A stretch of 64,000 bases of DNA from Macrostomum lignano (Eukaryota): assembly GCA_002269645.1 (NCBI GenBank), contig NIVC01001072.1, positions 248,001-312,000 of the forward strand. Reading direction: 5' to 3'. Below the pieces are notes generated by a model. That model was not told the DNA's origin and ran no database searches. It worked only from the letters and a program-made list of their open reading frames with translations. The translations under genes were made by a program, and so were the position numbers. This document shows positions 50,301 to 61,700 of the stretch, piece after piece; positions within the stretch are counted from its first letter, which is position 1, and the number at the start of each line of letters is the position of its first letter.

Positions 50301-53300
50301 TTGTACGGCGCTGCCAGAAGCGGGGCTTGGAGTCGCTGCCACCAGAGACTGTCTTTGTACGGCGCTGCCAGAAGCGGGACTTTGAGTCGCTGCCACCAGA
50401 GACTGTCTTTGTACGGCGCTGCCAGAAGCGGGGCTTGGAGTCGCTGCCACCAGAGACTGTCTTTGTACGGCGCTGTCAGAAGCGGGGCTTTGAGTCTGGA
50501 CTCCGGAAAGCAGCTGGCTTCCTGTGCGATGCGACCGCCCCTTTAATCGGTCACCGCCATGCTTTAGCTGCTGTCTGCAAGTATTTCTTACAGATTGTTC
50601 AGAGGGCCTGCCGGCTTCAGCGGTCGCGCCATAGATGAATGTGATTGCTTCTGTTAGGAAAAAAGTTGAAAGTTACTATGAATAGCATGCACTGTGCTCG
50701 ACTAATTTCTTGATATTTAGCTCTAAAAGTCTCATTGAACGTTGATTAAGTAGACTTACTTTGGAAATGGCTGAGCAGAGTGCTCTGAAATCCAAGCTGC
50801 GCATCAGTAAGGTTGGTCGCAACTCCAGCAGCAACAGCTCGGCTTCGCATGTCTGACCCGATTAAATTAATAACCGCCTGCATCTCTTTCGACAAGCTCT
50901 CGTTAAGCATTGCCATTAAAGCATCGGACCACTTGTCTCGCTTGCATGAACGTAGCAGGCTCTTCTGTTTAGATTTTTACAGGTGAGAATACTTATAGAT
51001 TATTATTTCAGTGATAGTACTAGTGCGCTTTGAGTAGTAGTTAGAGCATTTCTTCTAATGAAAAGAAAATAAAAAACTCTGTCATGAACTTACCAAAGTA
51101 GAAATATGTTCATTTGGACTGGAAGCGAATTGCACATATTTTTCCCAGGAGTTGATCGGCCAGAATGAAGGCTCAGAATTATCAGTTGGAATGTCAGCGC
51201 CAACAGGTTCCAAAAAGCGTAGCACGCTCTGCACTTCAGTGCGCATTGCGGTGATTTGTTTGGTCAAACTATTTTCTAATGCTTTCAATTCATTCTTGCG
51301 CATAGTAAGTTCGCGTAGGGCATATAAGGACAGAAACTTGATGCCTCTTGGACTTTCCAGCTCAAAGCTAACACCGGCTTGGATCTGCTCTTCTAGTTTT
51401 CTAAGAAAGCCAGAACCAAAATTAAAAGATGAAATGGTGGGAGGCGACTTAGGAATCGTCGATCGATCATCTGCTACGAACTCAGCTTCTATTTCAGCTT
51501 CCGCCTCAGCTTCCACCTCAGCTCCCATCTCAGCTTCCACCTCAGCTTCCGCCTCAGCTTCCGCCTCAGCTCCCATCTCAGCTTCCACCTCAGCTCCGAT
51601 CTCAGCTTCCACCTCATCTTCCGCTTCAGCTTCCGCCTCAGCTTCCACTTCAGCTTCCGCCTCAGCTTCCACTTCAGCTTCCGCCTCAGCTTCCGCCTCA
51701 GCTTCCATATCGGCGTCTACGCCAGCTTCTGCTTCATCATCACTAATAGGAGGCATTGGCGCTAACTGTGCAATCGTAGGCGGATGTTGTTTAGGCAGCA
51801 AAGCTGGAGGTTGCAAACAGCGGCTGCTCTTATCTTCGAAGATTGCCTCGGAATCGGTGGCTGAGCCGTCTGACAGATTCTGTTTGGGATGGTTACGGCA
51901 TGAGAAATTATCAAGTTAATGTCAGTTTTAAAGATTATTTTCACATTTAATTTCTTCCCTTTTCTTAAAAAATAGTTTAAAAGGTAAAACGGAGAAAACA
52001 AAGTTCTCGATAAAAATTATATGGGCTGTGCTTAATTTTACCTTAGTCTGGTAATGCCTTCGTGCTTTCTTCATGTCACGCTCCTGAAAGACTCTGGGTT
52101 GAACCAACTCGAGAATTCGGTTCAGTCGGGTCTTTTTGGCCACCAATTCACGCACAAAGCGGAAGCTCCCAGGCTCTAGGTTGTTGCTTAGTATTACCTT
52201 TAAATTAATGAGAAAATATGAGCGTACAAATATTAGATCGATTCAAGAATTTTAACATTTCAATCGTTGGGATCGGTTGCTTACCTGAATAATTAGAGCA
52301 GAGTAAAAACAGCCTTCATACAAGGCTTCACACTTCCACTTCTCAGTGGAGTCCCTCTTTTCTAACCATTCCTCTTCCTTAAGGTTTTGAAAGCCTTCAG
52401 GAAGCTTCACTTCGCTTTCCGAGACCTCAACAATTTGACGGTCGTCTTTAAAGATCACTAAAAACTTCATTGTAGCATGCAGACTAGACTATGCTAGTGC
52501 AAAACTGAGTACCAAATAAAGCAAGAGTTTGGAGCTCACACTATAGTTTATGCTTATTTAATGATTCAGTGGTTTAGGTTGCTTCTAGAAGCAATTGTCT
52601 TCTATAGTTCTTCGAATGAAAAAGGCCGCCCTGGCTTTTCCAATTTCATTGGCCCTACCGTCCCCGCATCCATACCTGTCCAATCAGCGCGCACAAACCC
52701 CCAAAGGAATAGTTTTCAATTCTTCCCAGCTTTTGTTCATATCCTTTCTTTAATACGAAATAAGCAATCGTAGTAATTACTTTATTATTATTACAACAGT
52801 CAACTATCATCAAAGTCTGATTCGGACGAAAACAATGACAAGGCAATTGAGGCGACAAGCAAATAAGGATTTGCTGGGCTTGTTCATGGAAGGAGAACAA
52901 GAAGCTTTGGAAGACATCGCACTGCAAGAGAAAAAAAGAAAAGTATTCGAAGCAGATGATTCTGGGAGAGTCGCCGGTTTCATCGCTTCGGAGTCCTCTG
53001 TAGCAGAAGTCAATGAAGGTACGGATCCAGATCTTGACAACGACAATGGCAGCTATCCTGATTTTGACGAGTTCGCGCGAGTTTGCAGCGATGAAGATGA
53101 GGAGATTGACAAGAAAGAGGATGACCGCTCTTTAGAAGATAAAATATTCGCCTTGCTGGTAGTCTACTTTTCTTGTTTCAACCTAAGTCGTGGATCTAAA
53201 AAATTCCTTGTTGATGGTCTAAGAGACATAGGCTTGCCTGCGCCGAAGTCTGTCAACTCTATTGAGGCCGTCATCAATGCTGGCGATCCAACGGAAAAAT

Positions 53301-55636
53301 TGGAGCCCATGGGAAAAGGCCATTTTCGCTACATTTCGATTCTGAAAAATCTAGAACTAATGTTTCGCAAAAACCAGCTGCACATGAAGCCAGAATATCT
53401 ACAACACGATAGTGAAACTGAGAAGGTTTACAAAATTGAAGCCATCGTTAATTTTGACGGCTTGCCTTTGTACCGAGCAAGCCACTTCGGTCTTTGGCCC
53501 ATACTTATGTCTATTCCCAGCATATTCAGCAGACCTTTTCCAGTAGCCGTATGGGCTGGTTGTGGCAAGCCACCTCTGAATGATTATCTTCGACAATTTT
53601 GCGACGAGGCTAAACGTTTTCTTACGGGTCCAATAAAAATTATCGAAAATTTAAGCATCAGCTTCTCGACTATCCGATTTGTTTGCGATGCGCCTGCTCG
53701 AGCCTGGGTCTCAGTAACTCAAGGGCACATGTCGTACGTCGGTTGCATGTACTGCAGGGCTACTGGACCTTATACCGACAACAGAGTAACATTTTCAACG
53801 AGCGTCGGGGAGTCTCGTAGCAGCCAACAATACCGAGAGGGAAAGGAGTCTAACCAGGAAAATAAAAAAATCGCTCTATCGCCCCTTCTAAATTTGCCTA
53901 ACATTAGTTTTGTCGATGCTTTTCCCCCTGACTACCAGCATGCCGTATGCCTTGGAGTCACAAGGAAGCTATTTTACCTATTTTTCGACAAATCTAATGG
54001 CAAGAAGTGTCTCGTCTATCCCGGTCCGATGAGCCTATTGGGCGACCGAATTACTATGGCTGCCGGTTGGACACCTTCAAACTTTCAACGAAGACCCCGG
54101 AAAATCGACTTGGAACTGAAGCACATGAAGGCTACTGAATTCAGACAGTACTTGCTGTACCTAGGACCTGTCCTCTTCAAAGGCATTTTAAATGAAGAAA
54201 GGTATAACCACTTTCTTTACCTCCATTTCGCCATTTACGCATACTCCAACGAAAGGTACTCCAAGTGGTGGACGCAGGCAAAAACTTGCATTGAAGTTTT
54301 TGTTGAACGGGCTGCCCACCTTTACGGCCAGAAGTTTATAAGTTTCAATCTTCACACTATTCTTCATTTGGATGAGTTTGTCCGAAAGCTAGGCAGTTTA
54401 AACAACTTTTCGACTTTCCCTTTCGAAAACTTTCTTGGATCTGTAAAGCGCCGCGTAAAGGTGACAAGGCACATGGCAGCGCATTCAGTTAAGCAGGTGC
54501 TCAGAGTTCGCGATCTTCTGTTGAATGAGCAGCGAATTCCACCGTTGAAATTCAGCACAAAGCGAGGTGATAATTGTTGCATAATCGACAAAGTATGCGT
54601 CCTAATCGAAGCTGTAAGTGAAGCTAATCAAGTCACTGGCAGGATTTTACACCCAGTTGACAACATCTACGCCAACCCATATCCATCTTTGCGTCTGGGA
54701 ATCGGCTTGTACAGGATGACATCTGGTGTTCTAACTGGCACACCTGAGCGAAAGTGCTGGATTTTGCCTGCGAATCTGCTTGCCAATCTTGCTGGAGCGG
54801 ACAGGGATCCAGCAAGCCATTTTTTTGTCATTCCTCTGACAGGTGACTCCGAGGAGGCCTGATGTAGGACGCGTGAGTCGCAAGTGAGTACTAAAAATAT
54901 CTTTCTCTGGTTTTTTATATCAATCCGATTTCCTTCTATCTCGATTCTCGTATTCCCTGTATTCTGCAATTCTGCAATTTCTTCCTGTATATGTTCTCAG
55001 CTTCAACACGCAGACATGATTGTAGATTGTGAGTTAAATATTAGTATATTACGATGCATACTCGATCGCAACTGCCATTTTATCTTTACTTTTAGGATCC
55101 GCAGTTTCACGAGTTTACTACAAGCCTGGCGATCGGTCATTCATGAACTGGAGTTATTTTAGAGACTGATTATATTGATTCTATCTTTATTGTTTACATT
55201 CTTGAACCCTAGAATTAGGTACAGCTTAAAATTCGGTGTTATAGAGGCCGGAGGGGTAATTTAGCTCAAAACTGTGTAGGAGGGGTGGAGGGGCCGGAAA
55301 CTTAGTGGGAGGTGATGCCGCTGTATGTGGCTGAAATGGGGGATTTATTTTCTTAAACCCCAGTATACGAGTATGAAATACTAATGGTATTGTATACAGT
55401 ATTCCTACCTCCAATTCAAGCCAACAGAATTTTTGTAATATTTTACTTATCCCATTGATAATAATCAACTAGCTGCACAACTGTAATTTCCATCTGTTAC
55501 CATCTGGTTTTACTTTTAAGCACATATAAAATGCTATGAATATTTTCTTTCTTTTGCTGGCACCTATTTTAGGTCAGATCGAATCAATACTTTCCGTATC
55601 AAAGTATTTATGTGTTTATGCTAGGTTGTAACTTAT

Positions 55637-55701
<65 letters not shown>

Positions 55702-58700
55702 CAGACCTTGTCAAGCCTCGCACGAAATTCGTCTTTGTTCTTCCTTTATCTTTGGTGCAATATGGGAATAGAAAAAACTTGATGACCTGCACTGATAAGG
55801 AGTCAGGACAGTTTGTTTGTTTCGCATAGGTTCGCTTAAGCAGGCAAGAACGGTACAACGTAGAAATTCCCATATCACTTCTCTAGCCTTTCTTCTAACC
55901 CCCCCCCCACCCAACTGAAATGAATTGGCCAAAATTAGCTGTCACCTCTAGGTTAAAATAATTCCTTGCATTGCCCTGTCATTACGGGTTATTGCCACTG
56001 GCCAGGAAATTCAAAACATTTTTCTAAGAGCAACTCAAAATGAGTAAGCTTTATACAGGCTATAATTGATGAGAGATTTCTGTTAATGAGAGATAAAGCC
56101 CACACGGGTTTTATTGATGTCGGGTTGTAAAAGACGATCGCAAATAGAGAACAATATAGCGAGAATATTCAAGCTGGCGGACGTGCGCCGAGCTATAATT
56201 TTCTGTTAACTCGGGGATTCAGTAAGACTAGAATAATTGAGTGGCAAAAACTGTCATGAGAACGCAAAGGCACTTTGAAACCTTTATGATTCAGTGGATT
56301 TATTCATCCGGAAAAATGACAAGGCGGGGGTTAGATTGTTATTTATTCATGACCTGTCCCATTTGAGCTCTGACCGCCTCTGAATATGAAAACTGAGAAA
56401 ATATCTATGTCTATGTAATGTATCCCTCCTTATCAAAATGTGACTGAGTGACTGTGCCCTACTCGTAATCGGGGAGATAAATGAAGGGGAGACAGGGGAG
56501 ACAGTCTCCTATCTCCAATCTCCCATGTCTCTTATTTGCCATTATGCAGTTAACTGGGCCCGTCATGCATAGCCTACTGCAGGCTGCAGGGGTCAGCAAA
56601 CTCCAGCCCACGGGCCACATGCGGCCCGCAGTCTCTCTATCCAGCCCTCGGGTCCTTTCTAACTTCCCATGCCAATAACAATCCAGCCCGCTCAAGGTTT
56701 GCATCTCTTCTCAGCTTTTTTGCTAATTTCTTCTCCTTTTCTCATCAAAATCTCCCCTCTCTCCTCCTTTCCCCTCTTTCCTTGCTCCCAGTGGCGCAAC
56801 CAGGGGGGGGGGGGGGGGGGGGGGCCCCCCCTTAGGCGGAGACCCAGAAAAAATTGAAGGGGGGACCAAGCGAATTTTCGCCAAAAACAGAGCCTCCCCT
56901 CCGCCCCCTCCCTCACGGGACTTTACCTTCCAGAATCCGCCCCCCCCTCAAAAAATTTCTGGTTGCCCTACTGCTTGCTCCCTTCCTCTGACATCTCTCC
57001 TTTCGCCTCTCTCCTCTCTCCCTTTATCTCCCTTCTTTCTCTCATCTCGCCTCTCTCCTCTCTTCCCTCCTCTCACATCTCACATCTCTCCCCTCTCCCC
57101 TCCACTCTCCTCCTTCTGGCCCGCAGTCTTGAGCTAGATTCTCTATCTGGCACTTAAAGTAAAATAGTTAGCCAATCCCTCGCAAGGAATTTCGATCATT
57201 ACAATGAGCAAAAGTTGACATTAACAAAATTTTGGCGGGCGCGTTGTGCCAAGCCTGAACAGCTTCTCTAGACAGCACTCTGTGCTCTCCAGAATTACTT
57301 GAACTGTTAGCAGTGGCGCAAGCAGAATTTCTTATGTGGGGGGGGGGCGGATTCTGAAGGGTAAAGACCCAAGGGGGGCGGAGGGGTGGCTCTGTATTTT
57401 GGCAAAAATGCGCTTGGTCCCCCTTTAATACAGCTTGGCAAACCTGATTGATTTTCCGGGATTTCCCCTGTCCTAGTTGTATTTCTCTAAAATTCTGGAA
57501 GATAAATCGAGATTCTAGATAATAGCTGCATCTAAGATTAGTTTGTTTTGCTATCGCATTGTACCGTACAATTAATTATTGAAAATTTTAAACCTTTGCT
57601 GGCATACGCATATGTTATCTTTGACCTTACCTGTTGTTTAATAGGTAAATTATTACTGTATGGAGGTACATGTAGATATAGGCATTTTGACTGTCAACTG
57701 TCCACCCCATACAAGCATACGGCTTTCAAATAATTATGCAACCTTGTGCAAGGGTATGCCGCCTACTTACATGTAAAACTTTGAAATGAGTATTTATTTA
57801 CGCCACTATCCAAGGGGGGGGGGGCGCGGCCGCGGGAGACCGACAGCGGAGACCGCCACAATTTGCCCGCCAGACAATTTGCCCGCCAGACAATTTGCCC
57901 GCCAGACAATTTGCCCGCCAGACAATTTGCCCGCCAGACAATTTGCCCGCCAGACAATTTGCCCGCCAGACAATTTGCCCGCCAGACAATTTGCCCGCCA
58001 GACAATTTGCCCGCCAGACAATTTGCCCGCCAGACAATTTGCCCGCCAGACAATTTGCCCGCCAGACAATTTGCCCGCCAGACAATTTGCCCGCCAGACA
58101 ATTTGCCCGCCAGACAATTTGCCCGCCAGACAATTTGCCCGCCAGACAATTTGCCCGCCAGACAATTTGCCCGCCAGACAATTTGCCCGCCAGACAATTT
58201 GCCCGCCAGACAATTTGCCCGCCAGACAATTTGCCCGCCAGACAATTTGCCCGCCAGACAATTTGCCCGCCAGACAATTTGCCCGCCAGACAATTTGCCC
58301 GCCAGACAATTTGCCCGCCAGACAATTTGCCCGCCAGACAATTTGCCCGCCAGACAATTTGCCCGCCAGACAATTTGCCCGCCAGACAATTTGCCCGCCA
58401 GACAATTTGCCCGCCAGACAATTTGCCCGCCAGACAATTTGCCCGCCGCCCTATTTCACCTTGAATAGAACGGCGATCAAATTGTGGCGGTCAAATGTAC
58501 TCGTAGATGTAGTAGACCCGGCGGCCGCCCCCTTTGCCATGGCTGGACTTGCATATAAGGGGGGTAAATTTTGAGCTTACTTTGGCTTTTTAGACCAAAA
58601 CAAAAATTTGGGCAAATCTGCCCCACTACTTTAAAAATCCTGAATTGACCACCAAATCGGACTCATCTAAATGAAAACTTAAGAATACAAGCAACATTGT

Positions 58701-61700
58701 ACATGCGCTAGTGCTTAAGTAGTGGAGTATTAAAAAATATATTTTTTGTTGCGTTGATTTCGAAGATCAAAAGGTATTACTTATAAGTAGGTAGGCTAAA
58801 ACGCACACTTTTGCGTTCACATCCAATTTCTGAAGTGTATGAAACTCAGAAAAATTTGCACGAGTCGCCTATACCCCACTTTGGAGCTTGCAGCAATTTT
58901 TCAAAGAGATGGCTGCTCAAAGGGTTAAAAGTTCAAGTTAGCTGTAGTATGAGGATTGGTCAATGCAAATAAATAATGAGCTCATTATACAAGAAAATAA
59001 TTAATAAGGATATCAATAGTTCGCCCCACTGTCCACTGCACGTACTGAAAGGCGTACTGTCAGGTTCGAGCACAAAAACACCCGAAACTAAAAAAATCAA
59101 CTTTAAAAATTCTGCTCTTTACATAATTTCCTCACAAAAATATTTCATACGTACAAAGAAGAAAACCTACAAACTTTTATCTTGCGGGATGGGGCGTACC
59201 CTTGAGGGCCGCCGGGGCGCCGGCCTAGAGGGTACGCCCCAATTTTTCTAACCACTGGGTAAAGTAGCATTTGTAATTATCAAATTGTGGGAATTGTGTA
59301 TTTTTAAACAAATATATATTTTTAACTATCAAAAAGCATTTGATTTAATTTGAAATTATATATAATTTTGATAACTTTAAGATTTCAAGTGGAAATTGGA
59401 TAGAGTAATATCTTTGTTACTTAATGTTTTTTTTCAAAATAGAAAAATAGAACTCTTGGCTATTAATATGATTCTTTATCAAACTCTTATCTATTGATCT
59501 ATAAATTTATCTATAAATCAATTGGCATCTCAGCAACTCCCCATTGAGCCTTGGCATCTCAGCTAATATTGCAATATTTGTAATTAGAATATTACAGAAT
59601 TGAATTAGTTTAAATCGTCCTAAAAATCCCCAATCGATTACTCTCTCAGGTGCAACGCAGAGGTAAGCACATCTTGCCTACAGTGTCTCGACTATTGCTG
59701 CTAAGCACCTATCTAGAGGATGGAGTCCGCATGCTAACCCACTGGAGCATGCAGGCCAATTATGTGTCTCGCGAATGGAACGTGTTCGCTCTTCTGGGCC
59801 ACCTGTTTGTGCTGATCAACATGATCTGCCAGTTGGTTGGCAGCGGTTTAGTACTGGCTAGAGTTCAAGTGCCAATCGCTTGCGCAATCCTTGGCGGAAA
59901 TACTCTGATGCAGATTATTGTCTATAAAATTATATTCGAAGACTTCAGCTACCTGTTGCGCCTTGTGGCCATCACTGGCGGCCTACTGCTGCTCTACGTT
60001 GAGTCGCAGAACGAAGGTCGTGTCGTATTTGGCGGCCTGCCGTCAATCAGCGAGAACAAGCCGAAGCGGTGGCTGCAACTGTCTGGCAGGCTGCTGTTGG
60101 TGCTCATGCTTGTCAGCCTTGTGAGGTGAGGGGTTTGGTGAAAATCACCTTGCCCGGATTCTTGTCATCTGTCATCCCAGGTCCTCATGATGTAGTCGCT
60201 GCCCACCCTCCCAGATCCTCAGTCAGTTGCTAAGCCAGCCTCCCATACCCTTAGTTTCTGAGCCAGCCTCCCAGATCCTCAGTTGCTGGGCCAGCCTCCC
60301 AGATCCTCAGTTGCTGGGCCAGCCTCCCAGATCCTCAGTTGCTGGGCCAGCCTCCCAGATCCTTAGTTGCTGAGCCAGCCTCCCAGATCCTCAGTCAGTT
60401 GCTGGGCCAGTCTCCCAGAGTGTCAGTTGCTGAGCCAGCCTCCCAGATCCTCAGTCAGTTGCTGGGCCAGTCTCCCAGAGTGTCAGTTGCTGAGCCAGCC
60501 TCCCAGATCCTCAGTCAGTTGCTGGGCCAGTCTCCCAGAGTGTCAGTTGCTGAGCCAGCCTCCCAGATCCTCAGTCAGTTGCTGGGCCAGCCTCCCAGAT
60601 CCTTAGTTGCTGGGCCAGCCTCCCAGATCCTCAGTCAGTTGCTGAGCCAGCCTCCCAGATCCTCAGTCAGTTGCTGGGCCAGTCTCCCAGAGTGTCAGTT
60701 GCTGAGCCAGCCTCCCAGATCCTCAGTCAGTTGCTGGGCCAGTCTCCCAGAGTGTCAGTTGCTGAGCCAGCCTCCCAGATCCTCAGTCAGTTGCTGGGCC
60801 AGTCTCCCAGAGTGTCAGTTGCTGAGCCAGCCTCCCAGATCCTCAGTCAGTTGCTGGGCCAGCCTCCCAGATCCTTAGTTGCTGGGCCAGCCTCCCAGAT
60901 CCTCAGTTGCTGGGCCAGCCTCCCAGATCCTCAGTCAGTTGCTGGGCCAGCCTCCCAGATCCTTAGTTGCTGGGCCAGCCTCCCAGATTCTCAGTCAGTT
61001 GCTGAGCCAGCCTCCCAGATCCTCAGTCAGTTGCTGGGCCAGTCTCCCAGAGTGTCAGTTGCTGAGCCAGCCTCCCAGATCCTCAGTCAGTTGCTGGGCC
61101 AGCCTCCCAGATCCTCAGTTGCTGGGCCAGCCTCCCAGATCCTCAGTCAGTTGCTGGGCCAGCCTCCCAGATCCTTAGTTGCTGGGCCAGCCTCCCAGAT
61201 TCTCAGTCAGTTGCTGAGCCAGCCTCCCAGATCCTCAGTCAGTTGCTGGGCCAGTCTCCCAGAGTGTCAGTTGCTAGGCCAGCCTCCTAAATCCTTAGTT
61301 GCTGGGCCAGCGTCCTAGATCCTCAGTCAGTTGCAGGACCACAGCCTTCCAGATCCCCATAGAGTCGGCAGATCCCCCTCAGATCCCCATAGAGTCGGCA
61401 GATCCCCCTCAGATCCCCATAGAGTCGGCAGATCCCCCTCAGATCCCCATAGAGTCGGCAGATCCCCCTCAGATCCCCATAGAGTCGGCAAATCCCTTCA
61501 TAAAGTCCCAATGCGCCCCCTGCAGATTCCACGAAGGCCTGGACATCCTGGTTTCGCTAATCTCCCTAATCGCTGCCGCGCTAATCGCCATCGGGTTCAA
61601 AACTCGGCCAGTAGCCCTCGGCGCCGCTGTGCTCCTATTCGTTCTGAACCTGTTCTCCCACCCGTTCTGGTCGTTCACCGAAAAGCACCTGGAGATGCTG

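Larger units (their letters stand above)
48930..59259 (+). mobile_element. CACTA/CMC-EnSpm DNA transposon (~10.3 kb) inside SURF4 intron 1
   Basis: Termini CCCAGTGG (48930) and CCACTGGG (59252-59259); GC-rich subterminal GGGCG(C/T) repeats at both ends; flanked by TA, which extends to TAAAGTA on both sides; encodes an EnSpm-type transposase and a second gene. Confidence 0.85.

Noticed and set aside
57859-58448. CRISPR-like appearance of regular arrays (also 34978-35218 and 15880-17485)
   Set aside because: Units are contiguous with no unique spacers, no cas genes are present, and the context is eukaryotic.
57763-58574. Multiple ~200-aa ORFs on both strands
   Set aside because: Translations of the 16-bp array.
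58916-58928. piggyBac-like end AAAGGG|TTAA
   Set aside because: No matching TTAA|CCCTTT partner end found nearby.
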